A stretch of DNA of 63,548 nucleotides, the filler included, from Dicyema japonicum (Eukaryota > Animalia > Dicyemida), in assembly GCA_011109175.1 (NCBI GenBank). It is 6 parts of 6 records of this genome, joined end to end, with 100 filler letters (N's around TTAATTAATTAA, not from the genome) between each part and the next. Parts side by side here need not be neighbours in the genome. Positions count along the whole stretch, not along the records: positions 1 to 15,566 come from RDEW01000074.1; 5 more parts are not named here. One strand, written 5' to 3'. Below are positions 1-13,469 of this stretch, in pieces. Numbering within the stretch: position 1 is the first letter of the stretch; every line of letters begins with the position of its first letter. Below the pieces are notes generated by a model. The model was not told the origin of the DNA. It made no database searches and worked only from the letters and a program-made list of their open reading frames with translations. A program made the translations under genes and the position numbers.

Positions 1-1790
1 CGGTGGATGCGAGGGCGGCAGTGCACGCGACAAGGACCTATTTCGGTCGAAACAATCCTCAAACTCGATGCCTGGGCCTGAAGTTGGATATATCGAACGC
101 CTTTAACTCGCTAAGGAGGGACTGTATTCTGGAGGCATGCAGGAAAAGAGCGCCAGAAATTGCCAGGCTAGTACTTCTATCGTACGGACGGAGTCAACCT
201 TGGTGTACGGAAACGAAATTGTTCAATCACGCACGGAGTTCAGCAGGGGACCCTCTAGGACCATTGCTATTCGCTTTGACTATTGATAGCGTGGTCCGCA
301 ACATAGAATCCGAATTTAACTTATGGTACCTGGATGATGCCACGATAGCTGGCCCATGGGAGAATGTATATCGTGACGTTTCTTCGGCGATTCCAGCTCT
401 TGGCGAACTGGGTCTGAGTGTCAACATTCGGAAGTCTGAATTGGTCAACATCTCTTGCTCGACCCCGGATTTTTCAGCTGTACGTCAGGCATTCGAGGGA
501 TTACTGCCAGGGATTACCACAACTTCACTGGACAGAGTACACTTTCTCGGGTGTCCGCTTGGTGATGCGGAGTTGGGAAATCACCTTCGCAGCAAGGGAA
601 AAGAAGTTGAAACGTTTACGGAGAGAATATCCACCTTGGATCCACATGTCTCGTTTTTTTTACTAAAGAAATGCATCGCAATGCCGAAGGTGATGTACTC
701 CTTGAGAAGCTCCCCTTGCTACGAACATCGGAACGCACTGCAAACAGCTGATAATACCCTGAGGCAATCTGCGGAGTCAATATTAAACGTAAATTTCGAC
801 GAGCTAGGATGGACAATGTGCAAGCTACCTGTAAGGACGGGGGGATCGGGCTGAGGTCCCCTATGGAAGTCGCCCTTCCTGCATACCTTTCATCACTCGC
901 GAACAGTAGTCGCTTGGTTCGAGGGATCCTACGTAACTCCGCTGGACTTACCTTGGACACAGAGTTCGACAAAGTTTGCATGTTGTGGAGGGAAATGGGG
1001 ATGGAACTCCCGGACGACTTGGCTAGCCAGGAGGCTGGGATTCTGTTATGAGTACAAGTTTGCGGGAAGGAGCCAAGTCGATTGCAAACCAGCATCGGCT
1101 TACATGCATTATGTCAGCTGCGCAACGTAAAAATGGGGCCTGGCTTGAAGCCCTACCTTGTTCGTCTCGTGGAACACTCCTTGACGAGAATTGCCTTAGG
1201 ATCGGAGTGGCTTTACGACTCGGATTGGACGTGTGCCAACGGCACCGCTGCCGATGTGGAAGAAACGTCGATACGAAAGGCCTACATCCACTGTCCTGCC
1301 GACGGAGCGCGGGACGGGCCCCCGCCACGCAGCTCTCAACGACATTATTCTACGTGCCCTGAAAGTTGCGGGGTTTCCGGCTCAACTGGAACCCTTGGGC
1401 CTGGACAGAGGTGATGGGAAGAGGCCAGACGGAATCACTTTGTTTCCGTACTCCCATGGGAAATCGCTCGTTTGGGACGCCACATGCGTGGACACCTTTT
1501 CTGGAACGCGGGTGCTGACGTCGGCACACTCGCCGGGAGACGCTGCAGACAAGGCCGAGATTGCAAAGATGAGGAAATATGAATCCCTCATAAAGAACTA
1601 TTTTTTTGCACCGATCGCCATTGAGACTTCGGGGGTCATGGGAACAATGACTGACACATTTCTCGCAAATATTGGACAAAAAATTGCGAAGAAAAGTAAT
1701 GAACCCGCGAAGGGCTTTGCTGAGACAGAGGCTTGAAATGGCAGTGATCAGAGGGAACGCTCACGCCATCATCCTCTTAGTTAAATGTCT
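1..1790 (+). mobile_element. CRE-clade non-LTR retrotransposon (RT + Zn finger + restriction-like endonuclease), runs off window start, frameshifted
   Basis: RT motifs LDISNAFN, GDPLGP, WYLDD; thumb GGIGL; CRCG..HPLSC Zn finger; RH..LND and KRPDG..LVWD..ET.G RLE motifs across ORFs 3-854, 809-1362, 1233-1736. Confidence 0.9.
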
Positions 1791-1799
1791 CAGAGTTTT

Positions 1800-2400
1800 T
1801 TTTTTTCAACTCAATAAAAAAGACCACCCGCAAATTGAAATAATGTTTCTGCCGGAAAATGCTACATGTTTTTTACAGCCGATGGACCAAGGAGTCATTA
1901 AGACATTCAAGACGCTATTCAATAAATTAAAATTTTTTGAAATTATTGAACTCGGAAAATCATCATCTGAGCATGTAAAGAAATAGGCCTTAAAGATGCT
2001 ATAATTTATACCTACCAAGCATGGACAAAGCTAAAAACTCTTTTCGACATGCTAAGTGGACCGAAGATTTTATTGAAGAAATATATGGCGATTCTTCGCC
2101 TGAAACTTATCAGGAATTCGTTTCAAGACTACAAATAAATGATCCAATTCCAGAGGAAGAGTATTTTCTATACGAGTATACAGAGAATGAAGAGATTCTG
2201 GACAATTTGGATGAAAATGATGATGATGACATTGATTGTGGAGAACAAAAGAATGAACAAGTCGTTTTAGACCACGATGCAGTGAATGCTGTGTATACAG
2301 TAAAAACCTCTCGAATCGCCGTAATTTCCAGGTCCAAATTTGGTTTTACTGTATGTAGAATATACAATTAATTATTATTTTAATTGATTTAAAATAGTTA
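1800..2400 (+). mobile_element. pogo/Tigger transposase DDE_1 C-terminal fragment
   Basis: FLPENATCFLQPMDQGVIKTFK matches the LP.N.T..LQP.DQG.I..FK motif, followed by an acidic tail. Confidence 0.75.
2298..2351. mobile_element. 54-bp Tigger-type mini-MITE
   Basis: TA|CAGTAAAAACC...GGTTTTACTG|TA: ~10-bp TIRs flanked by TA on both sides. Confidence 0.5.
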
Positions 2401-4077
2401 ATTTAAAACTTATTAATTCTCTTGTTATCCGCTGGAAATAAATCTTCTCTTTAGAGGAGGAGATAATCACACCACTCTTTTAACCTTTCTTTCCAAATCA
2501 TTTACAGCCTTTTAATCGGATTTACAATACTTTATTATAAAGCGAAGAGTTCCAATAGATAACACGATTTTCAGTCAATCTGAAAGAAATGATTGTCTAA
2601 ACATTAATATGGTCATTCTAGTTTTCCGAAATAGGATTTAATGTCTTTTTTTTCAGAACCTAATTTGAAAATCTTTAAGATGCTTTCTAAGGCTGTTTGT
2701 AACTATATTAACGATTAAAAATAAAAAGAAATTAATTAATATTCATCATGAATCGTGGCAACATACCACAACTTTCTCTAACTCATAGCTTGATGGAAAA
2801 GCAATAAAATTATTAATAATAGAAAATACTGCGGGTATGTAATTCTATGAGAGTTTAACTTTTCTTTCACGCTTAGAAAAACTTGCTTTTATAAAGATTC
2901 AATGTTCGATAAAATAATTTTAATTATTTTTACAAATAGAAAAATATGAAAATTACTAAAAACTTTTGTGATTAAAGAAATGGTTCTTTTTGTATGTCCA
3001 GAGACATCAGTGAAAATAGGCAGGTAGGATTTAGCAGGAAAATTATTTGGACGATACAATAGCGAGACGGCTGTTGCTGACAGTCGTTTTTCTGAAATAC
3101 TTCCTAGACTCTATCGGGAAAAAGTGAGTCAGCATTGCGCTGTATGTATGGTCTCCTCGCCTGAGTCCGTTTCAGGTATGACTTGATATTCTATAATTTC
3201 CTTTTCTACTGTAAAGATTTCAAGATCACCCGAACAGAAATATGATCATTCAGACTAAGGTGAAATGCTAATTTTAGCGAGTAACGACGTATTTTTTTAC
3301 AGTTTCGAGATAATATTCGGGTACTGCTTAGAGAAGTAACAGGCTTCCAGTGCAAATAAAAAACTGGAAAGATAACTGTGCGACAGACAATATAAAGGTT
3401 TTCGGGTCCGTGAGACCTAGGTAACGGATTTCCGTGATTTAGACAGAATCGGTTCAACTTAGTTTGAAATTCTGCAAAATATATAGCACGAAAAATGGTA
3501 CTGATGAACTTAGAATACCGAAACGATATTCCAAGCTTCATCTGTGCAAAAGTGAATCTACTTTAAAGTCAATAACCGGAAAAAGATAATCAATTTTCTC
3601 CATTAATTTGTATGAAAATATTAATATCTGATCATCAAAATGTTGTCCCAGATATCCATTTGAAAGTCAAAATATACTGCTTATAAATTTGAAAATATAA
3701 TTTATATTTGTTTTCTTAATTATGATAAAACCTCAATATACTAAATTACCAAATTAAGAAAATGCATAAAAATTTACAATAATCAGACTTAACAAATTAT
3801 ATCTTAAACATACAAATTAGACCACAGATCAGCCGCACCTATAAAAATATAATTGATAGCGTAAAAACTAGAATTTTAAAAGTGTACCAAAAATTATTCC
3901 TTTTCAAGTAGTACAATTTTCATTGAAATAAATATAAAATATTAACAAATAACTAATTAAACACTATATAATATTGTAATAAAAATTAATCAAATTAACA
4001 AATGGTCCACAAATCAAAATAAAATTATATTTTAAATATTTAGGACGCACAAGTCTATTTTTGGTTATAAACTGACA

Positions 4078-4901
4078 GATGAGAGAAATTTCCGACTCAA
4101 CAACAAACTATCCAAAAAGTTTTATTCAACACAATTTTGCTTTCCGAATTTTTTTCAGGATAACACAAATGAAACGACAGTATTTACTCCAGACAATAAG
4201 GAAGTAAATTACGACAAAGTCTAATTGGAATTCCGGTATTGGCATTCCGGGAAAATAAATATGAATCTGCAAAAATTACTTTTTTCGACCACTCTAGTTA
4301 CGTTCAAGTCGAATTTATTGACGGGAAGTCAAAGAAGTATGATTCTATTCTTGATAACAATTTCAATGATGTGATCAAAGACTCGTGTCCATCTTTTTAT
4401 GAATTGAAAAAATTGGATTGGATTTGTTTTAGAAATAATAACGAAACATATTTCTTTCTGAAAGGTTTTATAGACATCATAGACTCTGAAAAATGTCTGA
4501 TAAAAGTTAAATAGCATAGTTTAATTTATATAGGTTAAATTCAATTACGACGGAAACTCGAAATGTGAAGAAAGATGGGTTTCTAAACTTAACATCAGAC
4601 TAATGACTACCCCTTGGAACGACGAACTAAAGATTTTTAATTTGTCTGAGAAATTTGCCTTAAAAGTAAAAAATGATCAATTAGCACTACCAAGTCTGTA
4701 TATTCATATTATTATTAAGTGATAAATAATGATGATAATCCAATTCATTTATCGATATATCTAAAGGCACAGTGATCATCACAAATGGGGTCAGAAGAAA
4801 GTATAACGGAAAGCAATGGCGACGACTCTGTGGGTCTTCAAACTGTATAAAAGAATCAAGAAAAACGGCCTATGTTTCGTCATTTATCTCGAACAAATTG
4901 A
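4078..4901 (+). CDS. cic: Capicua long-isoform N-terminal module (DUF4819-like + GKQWRRLC Cys/His motif); spliced, 5' end uncertain
   Basis: After a 28-nt intron: [15 protein letters not shown]; then [42 protein letters not shown] (two homopolymer corrections), resembling [43 protein letters not shown] as recalled. Confidence 0.75.
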
Positions 4902-5596
4902 AGATTGCACAACATGTAAACTTTATGAGGTATTAGTGTACACATTCATTCACAAGAATGCAACTAATAAACACTCTGTGGTCAACTCTCTTTTTCTTAT
5001 GACAGCACGGAGGTAAGAAAGATACAAATTATTTTCAGACAAGCTCAACTGCCTTTTTTTAAATTTAATTCTATGGATGTATATTTTATATTTTATATAC
5101 TTAGGAAACCTAACAATTCAAATTTGATATCAACATTCATCAAAGCTCATTCATTTGGTAATTTTTACAAATTTATTTAAAATTAACTTTTCTTATAACT
5201 ATAAAACAATTCCATATAAAATTATTTTAGACGGAACCAAAAATTCACGTGACGAATGCATGCTTCATCATTTTCGCAAAATTCGAGTGAAGTATATTTA
5301 TATATATAATTTCTTAGGTCGGAGGGAACACAAACCAGTGGCCAGTGGGTCCGATTTTAATATAGGTTCTCTTTAAAAGAATTTTTTATATTTAGAACAA
5401 CTTGTATTCGAAATAGACCTTCTCAAAAAAAGATAAACTTATTAGATTTTACATTTTAACAACAAATTAATACTCTTTTTCCAAATACAATTCTAACGAC
5501 CAGCTTACTATAGTGAGTTAAATAGCTGTTGAAAAAGCGCGTGGTACACACCTAGAGACCATACAGGGTTATGTGTCGGATAAGTATGGTCTAGGT

Positions 5597-5625
5597 CAGC
5601 GGTTGTCAACCGTTTTTGTTGTTAC
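5597..5625 (+). mobile_element. Isolated hAT/Buster-like terminus
   Basis: CAGCGGTTGTCAACC preceded by GTCTAGGT (nnnTAnnn target pattern); no partner end seen. Confidence 0.3.
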
Positions 5626-6516
5626 ATAACCCCGCTGACACATCAAGGTATGAGACCAGCAGCTAGCAGAAACAACAGCGCCTTCCCCGGACCTCAGGGA
5701 AGTGAACATCAAATTTTCTGCGGATAGAGAGAAGACCGGGACAACGGAAGAGGTGATCAGTTGAATGGTCATCAACACAGCAAAGATTGCAAAAAGGAGA
5801 GATCAAGTCGTCCATTTCGTGAGCGTAGTGGTTTAATGAATGATGATGGCCAAAGGGAAAAGAGCAGGATTAATCTGAGCGGAACGGTCAATAAGCATTT
5901 CGGATGGGTGAACATCCAGTGGAAGTTTATTGAGGATCGAGTTAGGCGTCAACCTTAGAATTGTCGAAGTTGAAATAAAATCGTGAATTCTTTTCATTGG
6001 ATGAGAACATTGGTTCAGGCCATTGATTTTAGCAAGGACCCGGGANNNNNNNNNNNNNNNNNNNNNNNNNNNNNNNNNNNNNNNNNNNNNNNNNNNNNNN
6101 NNNNNNNNNNNNNNNNNNNNNNNNNNNNNNNNNNNNNNNNNNNNNNNNNNNNNNNNNNNNNNNNNNNNNNNNNNNNNNNNNNNNNNNNNNNNNNNNNNNN
6201 NNNNNNNNNNNNNNNNNNNNNNNNNNNNNNNNNNNNNNNNNNNNNNNNNNNNNNNNNNNNNNNNNNNNNNNNNNNNNNNNNNNNNNNNNNNNNNNNNNNN
6301 NNNNNNNNNNNNNNNNNNNNNNNNNNNNNNNNNNNNNNNNNNNNNNNNNNNNNNNNNNNNNNNNNNNNNNNNNNNNNNNNNNNNNNNNNNNNNNNNNNNN
6401 NNNNNNNTAAATTATTAAACTAACATTCTTATTTGAAATTAAATTAATTATTTTCGATATCTTTTGTTGAGGTAAAATTTCTACTATATTGCGGAAAGTA
6501 AACTCTGAAGGAAGTA

Positions 6517-8101
6517 CAGTGGGTCAAATTAGTCTTGGACACTTGTATATTTTTTAATAAAATTTTCTTTTCTTTAACATGCCTGTTTCTATTTAATTTT
6601 TTCCAAAGGCAAAAATTAAACAGGTTTTCTACATAATAAAACATTTTAAAATAATCAAAAATCGATTTATTTTAAGAAAACTTTGACATTTTAAACAAAC
6701 AGTCATAAAATCAAATGCTAATTAGTCTGGGACAAATCCCTTAATACTTTCTAAAGTATCTTTTATTGTCCAAAACTGCATTTAAACGATTTTTGTAATT
6801 GCTCACAAGCTTTTTACAAGTTTCTACGGAATTTTTTCCATTCTTCGAAAACAAAATAATTTTAATTCCGTGATATTTTTGGATTATGTGCCCATACTTT
6901 GGCTTTTAATTCTTTCTAAAGATTTTCAATCGATTTAAATCTGGGGACTGACTTGGCCATTCAAGGGTATTAATTAAATGTTCTTCTAGCCATTTTTGAG
7001 TTTTTTTTGCAGTATGTTTCGGATCATTGTCCTGTTGAAATGTCCAATTTCCACAATACCACATTTCTCAATTGACGGAAAAATTTTTTTCCCAAAATAT
7101 CACAGTATATAGAAGCATTCAATATTCCGTCTATTACATGAAGTTCCCCAACTCCCCAAGAAGAAAAACACCCCCATAGCATAATACTGCCACCCATGTT
7201 TAACTGTTGGTATGGTATTTTTGGGCGATATTCATCTTTTGATTTACGCCACACGTAGCTTGTATAATTCTGCCCAAAAATTTCTATCTTTGTCTCATCT
7301 GACCAAATAATGTTATTTAGAAAGTCGTCGTCTTGGAGTAAATTTTTTTTGGCATATTTTAACCGTGCACGGACGTGTTTCTTATAAGCAGCGGAACTTT
7401 ACGTGGACGACATTTATGGAACCTTCTATTCTTAGGGCATTTGTAACAGTCTGTGAGCATACTGGTGATCCTACCTCGCCCAAGTATGTAGAGAGTTGTT
7501 TACGAGACAATCTCGGATTATTAAGCACTTTTCGTCTAATTATGGAAATTGATCGAGATGATATTTTTTTCGGTCGTCCTGATCTTGGCTTATTTTTGGT
7601 AGTTTTTAATAATTTCCATTTATTGATAATGTTCCATACTGTACTCTTCGGAATATGAACACTTTGGAAATTTTTCGGATTGATTTTCCTGCATTATATT
7701 CAAGAAGTATAGGATTGTTTATGTCTTCTGAATGTTCCTTTCGCTTAGGCATGTACAAAATATTAATCGCAAATGATGTTAATAATCGTTTAAATATACG
7801 AATGAATTCGAAATTAGTATAATTTCATTGGTCGATAAGAAGATGAATCCAATTATTTTATCAAAAAGTAAATAAATACCAACTGTCGTAAGACTAATTT
7901 GGCACTTGATATTCCAATCTTGGATATAAATAAAAAATTTTCTATAAATTACACTAATTTTGTAATTTTTTAATGATCTATGATGTAAAAAAACTAGGTG
8001 CACTTTTATACTTTTGGAAAAAATTAAATAGAAACAGTTATGTTATAGAAAATAAAATTTTATTAAAATAAACAAGTGTCCCAGACTAATTTTGACCCAT
8101 G
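6517..8101 (-). mobile_element. Full-length decayed Tc1-family transposon with long IR/DR-type TIRs
   Basis: Inverted termini CAGTGGGTCAAATTAGTCT.. / ..AGACTAATTTTGACCCATG, TA on both sides; transposase from ATG at 7752 (MPKRKEHS..KSTVWNII..RSGRPKKI; GSIMLWGCFS..GVGEL). Confidence 0.9.
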
Positions 8102-8221
8102 TAAATACCAAATACTTTCGAATAAGTTGATAATTTCTCATTCCTCAGTCTATAGAGTGGAATGTTTGGCGGATATAAATGTGACATTTCTGTCTTATTG
8201 TAACAAAACCTATAACTAAAT

Positions 8222-11200
8222 CAGAGCTTTTCAAAAATAATTCTTGCGACACACTAATCGTAAAAAAATAACCACGGCACACATTAAAAATAAAAAATTA
8301 AATTTTAAGATGTGTAAAACTAAGTACAAAAATTGTAATTTAATGCCAAATTTTTATTAATAATACAAATGAAATCTTAATTATTATTGTGTTGCATATA
8401 TCATTAATATCAGGTAGAATGGTTGACAAAGCCACTCGCATTTCAGCATCAATGTTTCTCAAACTTTCACGTTTATTATATTTCATATTATGCAGCGTAG
8501 AAAAACCTTTTCGCATAAATAGGCGTTGAAAACTGTAAAATTATTATTGTATTGAAATAATCATAAATATCGTGAACATATCAATTGCTCGAGTAGTAGT
8601 TAAAAGAGGCTTACAAAACAAGTATTGTTCTGTAATTTTCCCAGAATAAACAAATCGTATATATGCCAACAAAATGTGCCATTCCCGAAATATCCGTGGA
8701 TTCGTCAAGTTGTAATGAAAACCGAGCTTCTTTTAATAGAAAATGAGACACTATTTTCAATATTCTCCGACAAAGCACAAATCCGACGAGAAAACAGTGT
8801 TATCTGACAAAGGCATCTTCATTATTTTTTTGTTCATATTTATGACCAAACATAGTCGAGCAATAATACGACAAGCAGGGATTATCAAATTTTCGCCAAT
8901 AGTGTGAGGTTTTAGTTGTTTTGCTATCAATTCTGAGATCAGTTAGTTAGTTAGTTAGTTAGCCCCGAACTCCCTGACATGCAGGAAGCGGCGGCTATTA
9001 AGCGGCGCATAGCAAGGCCGGGCGCTCCAGAGATCTCGAAGCGCTGCGTGTGGTAGCGACATTGCGGTGGTCCAGGACAGGAGAACAAATGGTGGCGGAG
9101 ATCGGATTGGAGTTACATACGTGGCAGGGCTTTCTTTCTGGTTTTTTCCCATGTAATCGTGTCCAAGGCAGGGGTGATGTCCGCAGCGAAGTCTTGCGAG
9201 AATCACGCGTTCCTTTCTTGGTAATAGTGATTCTGATTCATCGATTTCCGGGGAGGTTCTTGGAGTATTTTGTTTGATGATAGTCTCCGGATGGCTCTCG
9301 TGAAGATGAAGTCATGTATTAGTGCTGATCTTTTTTTCTCTGTTTCCCAAGGAGATTTTCAACAGAATTCTTTCCAGATCAGCACAGGTAGCACGTATTT
9401 TCCTGTTGTTGCCGGATTTGCGAAGATTGTGAACCGGGTGGTAAGCAGCCGAACAGTCATCCAAAAATTGGAGCCCGCGAATTTCGAAATGGTCAGCAAT
9501 GGGAGGATTTTTGTTTCCCAATGGAGGTGGTCAATACGGGAAGATTTTAAGCATCCGGTTATCGTTCTAAGCCAGAATTCTGGACTCGTTGTAAATTCTC
9601 AAGGGATGTGAGCGAGACGCACGGAGACCAGCAAGGGGATGCATAGTTCATTGTTGTTCGGATGAATTGTTTGTATATCAGTTTTAAACTTTCCTTGGCT
9701 TGTCCAAAAGAATAACCAGAGACTGCACGTAGTGCGTTCAGCTTGCGCCTGGCTTTAGTACAAATCGTATTCATGTGGGTAGAGAAACTGAGAGATTGAT
9801 CATAAGTGACACCCAGAATTTTGGGGTTTTTTGTTATGGGTAAACGATTTCCAAGTAAAAAGAGTGAGGGTTCATGATTGAGTTCACGTTTGTTGGTCGT
9901 GAAAAGCGTTGCGGTCGATTTAGCAGGTGAAATGGATAGCTGGTTGATGGTAAACCAGGCAGCAATGGAATCCAGATGAGATTGTACGTGATTGGTGGCC
10001 ATTGATAGATCGCTGTCTCTTGATGCAATGATTATGTCGTCTGCATATGAGAGTAGTAATGTATTCTTGGTGACTGGTGCGTCACTTAAATGAAGGTTAA
10101 AGAGAGCCGGCGATAGCACTGAGCCTTGCGGAACTCCATTCGGTAGGTATCGAAAGCGGGACTTGTATCCTCTGACCTCTGTTTGGCCCAAGCGGCCCGA
10201 TAAAAAGGTTGTTAGCCAACGTTTCAGGGTTGTTGGAATATCGGTCATGGCAATTTTATTACTCAGAACAGGTCTCGAAGTGCGATCAAAGGCCTTAGTG
10301 AGATCGACCGACACAAGTATAGTTCTTTGAGGAGGTTTAAAATTGTTAAACCATCTGCGATAAATTGAGTTAAGGTTGTTAGATGTGTTGTGGTGGAATA
10401 GTGTGGTCGAAAACCATGCTGTGATTTTGCAAATGGGAGAAGAGGATAGATCATTTTCAATATAACTCTTTCAATGATTTTCGAAACAACTGATAGAAGC
10501 GAGATTGGTCGATATGATGCTGGGTTTTTGAATCTCCGTTTGGTTTTAAAATGGGAACAATGCAAGATTTTTTCCAAATCATCGGAATTTGTCCGAGGTT
10601 TAGAGAGAGTTCGAGAATGCTTACAAGTGCCTTCATTCCATTGGTCCCGAGATGCTTTAAATGGTGGATGGATATTCCGTCGCACCCTCTTGCATTAGAT
10701 ATTTTACAATTTTTTATCAACTGCTCAACTAATGCGGTGGGTATTGTGATGTGGGGGAGGTCGTCATTGAAGCGAAGCTTGGCCTTTCGTGTTCTAGAGT
10801 TTTTTCTGCTGAATCTGCCTAATTTTTGCATAATAACTCATTAGTATATTAGCCTGAGCTTGGATGGAGATTGGTAAAATTTTTTTCGACAGAAATATTT
10901 CATGAGATTCGTCTGATTCTGAGAAAGAAATTCCCAGGAATGTTCTCCGGAATTGATTGTGTTTTGTCCCTGAGTCAGTAGATCAGAAGAAAGAGTTTCA
11001 TTTGACAGTTTTCTGATATGAAATGAGCTTGCCAATTAAATTGTTCAAACGAGATATTCTTTGATAAATCACATCTGATGTTCTCGTTTTCTTGAGTTCA
11101 CGTCTTTTGTGGATAAGATTGATGATCTCTCTCGTGAATACAGGAGAAAAGCCCTTAATGATCCTCGAATTCTGAGATCAGGTATGAACATTTTAATGTT

Positions 11201-11420
11201 TCCTTTGTGTTTACAAAAGTTTCACTGAACATCATTTGACTAGATCTTACGATACATAGTAAAAACTAAATTATACTTGTTATTGTTTTTCAAATGGATA
11301 AAATAATACACAGATTTTTCGGAATAGTCGGATGCTTGGAAGTAAAATGTCTCTTTAGTTTGCTAGGAACCATAGCATCATTTGCCAAGACTTCCATGAA
11401 AATTAGTTGTTCGTAACAAA
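8222..11420 (-). mobile_element. hAT Buster transposon, internally deleted, interrupted by LINE 8943-11167
   Basis: Near-identical to 27652-28410 on both sides of the LINE; C-terminal YLCEKVF motif near 8500; terminus CAGAGCTTTTCAAA after AACTAAAT (nnnTAnnn). Confidence 0.85.
8943..11167 (-). mobile_element. 5'-truncated APE-type LINE (I/Jockey-group RT) with (CTAA)n tail and 14-bp TSD
   Basis: VDLTKAFD, GVPQGSVLSP, SYADD, KILGVTYD, ARLRCGHH; TSD AATTCTGAGATCAG at 8929-8942 and 11168-11181. Confidence 0.92.
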
Positions 11421-12149
11421 AACATTTCTATTAAACTGCGTATTAGAAAGAAAGAACTGTTTTTTAAAATATTTTTAATTTATTGATCGCAGAATTTTAC
11501 AAGATTGTGATTATTTAACAGATTCAAGAAAATTATTCAAGAAGTAAAAACAATGGCTATTATGGATAATGTTGTCATTTTTACATCGACCAAAATTTAC
11601 TATGTTAATAAACCTTCAAAATTTGTGGATAATTAAATATTAATTTTTTTAGTGAATGCCTGGCTCTTCGTTAAGGTATATATTATTTGATTTTTTCGGC
11701 CAAATGTATTCGTTAGAATATCTGTATGTAAATTAAAAATAATTAAATCTGTATTGATTTCACAGAATGTTGGAATCTAACTTATTTAAGCCGTTCAGCA
11801 TTTATAAAATGTCCGAAAATGTATGAAATGTTTAATATTTTAAAATTATAGAATTTTTGACATATAAAACTTTTATTCCTTAATTGGATTTAATTCTCAT
11901 ATTATTATTAATTCTATTATTTGTTTCGAAATTTCGGCATCACAACCAATCTCGTATGTGTATAAAATAAGATATACTTAGAATACATTCGGGAATTTAT
12001 TCAAAGTTAAAGTCAATGTAAGAATGAATTTATCCCTTAGACTAGTAATAATTCTATTTTGAATGTAATTGAACGAAATGTGAAAATTACAACCGTGGAG
12101 CCTCAGGTATGATATGTTAGATTTATTTAAGCTTTTTTTTAAGATTAAG

Positions 12150-13245
12150 ATGTCAAAATACAAAACAATGAGATTAGAAAGGCACTCAGCTACTGCCGCC
12201 GAAAGAATTGAGAAACTGTTCCCCCTCAGTACGGCTATTGAGACACGCTCAAAAAGCCAGCTGAGCTCGCGGGTCGTTTCTAATTTCCCGAGATGGCGGC
12301 CTCGCTCGGTGAGGAAACGTAGCGTTGATGGTCCAAGAGTGAGGTTTCGACGGACACGGGTTCGAAGGTGAACCTGTCCAGTAGGGATGCGTATTGTGGC
12401 TTTTCCGAACCTCCGCTTGGTGGCCGCTGTTCCGGCTTCGGTCGCAGACGCGAGGAGACATGTTTGACGCAAAAGTGTCAGAGCATGTCGCGTCCAGACG
12501 ATCGCTTTACCGCACTTGTACGGAAAAAGCGAGACCCCGTCTGGCCTCTTGCCGTCTTCCCTGTTAAGGCCTGAGGGCTCCAGCTGGCACGGAATGCCAG
12601 TTGCTTCAACAGACGTTTAACGATGCCGTTAAGCTCCACGTGCCTGGGGATCCTTCCAGGACTTTTGCGACAAGAAGCGGGTGAAGACCTTTGCGGTCTA
12701 TGTAAGCCCCGCAGCGGCATTGGTGAGGCTGGCAAATGTCCAAGCCGAGACGAAGAGAATACCAATTCTCAGGCACTCAGGGTCTAGCAGGGTGCGGCTG
12801 CAGGGGAAGGATAAGCGTTAATCCAAGCACCGGTCCGTGGTGATGCTCCAGACAACAGGCAAGCACGCCGGTGTTGGTCTCGTGAGATAGAAGGTTGCGG
12901 AAAGACTGAGAGCTGCTCGCCTCGTCCACTCGCGCATTTGACATAGGTCTTGGGAGTTTCTAGTCCACTGCTGTCCACAACGATGTGCCGTATGAGAGCT
13001 CTTCGTCCGTAAGCGATCCAGAGGGGAGAGGAAGGATCGACTACGAGAGGCCTGCATCGGTGAGAGGAGGAGAGAAAGCATGCCAGGGAGAGAACCGAGG
13101 GGGCCTGGAAACCGAGACCGCCGTGCCTGATAGGCAGGATAGCCTGTTTCCAGCCCATGTCGTCAAAGCGAACGTTAGAGATCTGAAGCTTGTAATGAAT
13201 GTTTTCCAACAGAAAATGATAACGCAATATGTTAAAATCCATTAT
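12150..13245 (-). mobile_element. CRE-clade retrotransposon 3' fragment
   Basis: LPIRHGGLG, GAWINAYP, LEPSGL..EDGKRPDG, WLFERVSIAVLRGNS. Confidence 0.85.
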
Positions 13246-13469
13246 TATTTAAATCGATATAGAAACAGAGATACTAATTAATTAACTTGCGGTTGCACGC
13301 ATGATGGAGTGTGCATTGTCGCGAACGACAGCTATTCCAATTTGTTGGAACAACCATGACACTTCTCGAGGCATATGTTAAAATAAAAGAGAAATAATTA
13401 CTTATTAACATAATTTCGGGTAATTTGATATTCTTCCTGTTTATTTAAATTGAGTTCCTAACCATCAGC

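Noticed and set aside
227-1679. Overlapping antisense and alternate-frame ORFs over CRE, LINE and SART3 regions
   Set aside because: Shadow ORFs of GC-richer coding DNA with no recognisable motifs.
5983-6423. ORFs containing long X runs
   Set aside because: Translated N gaps.
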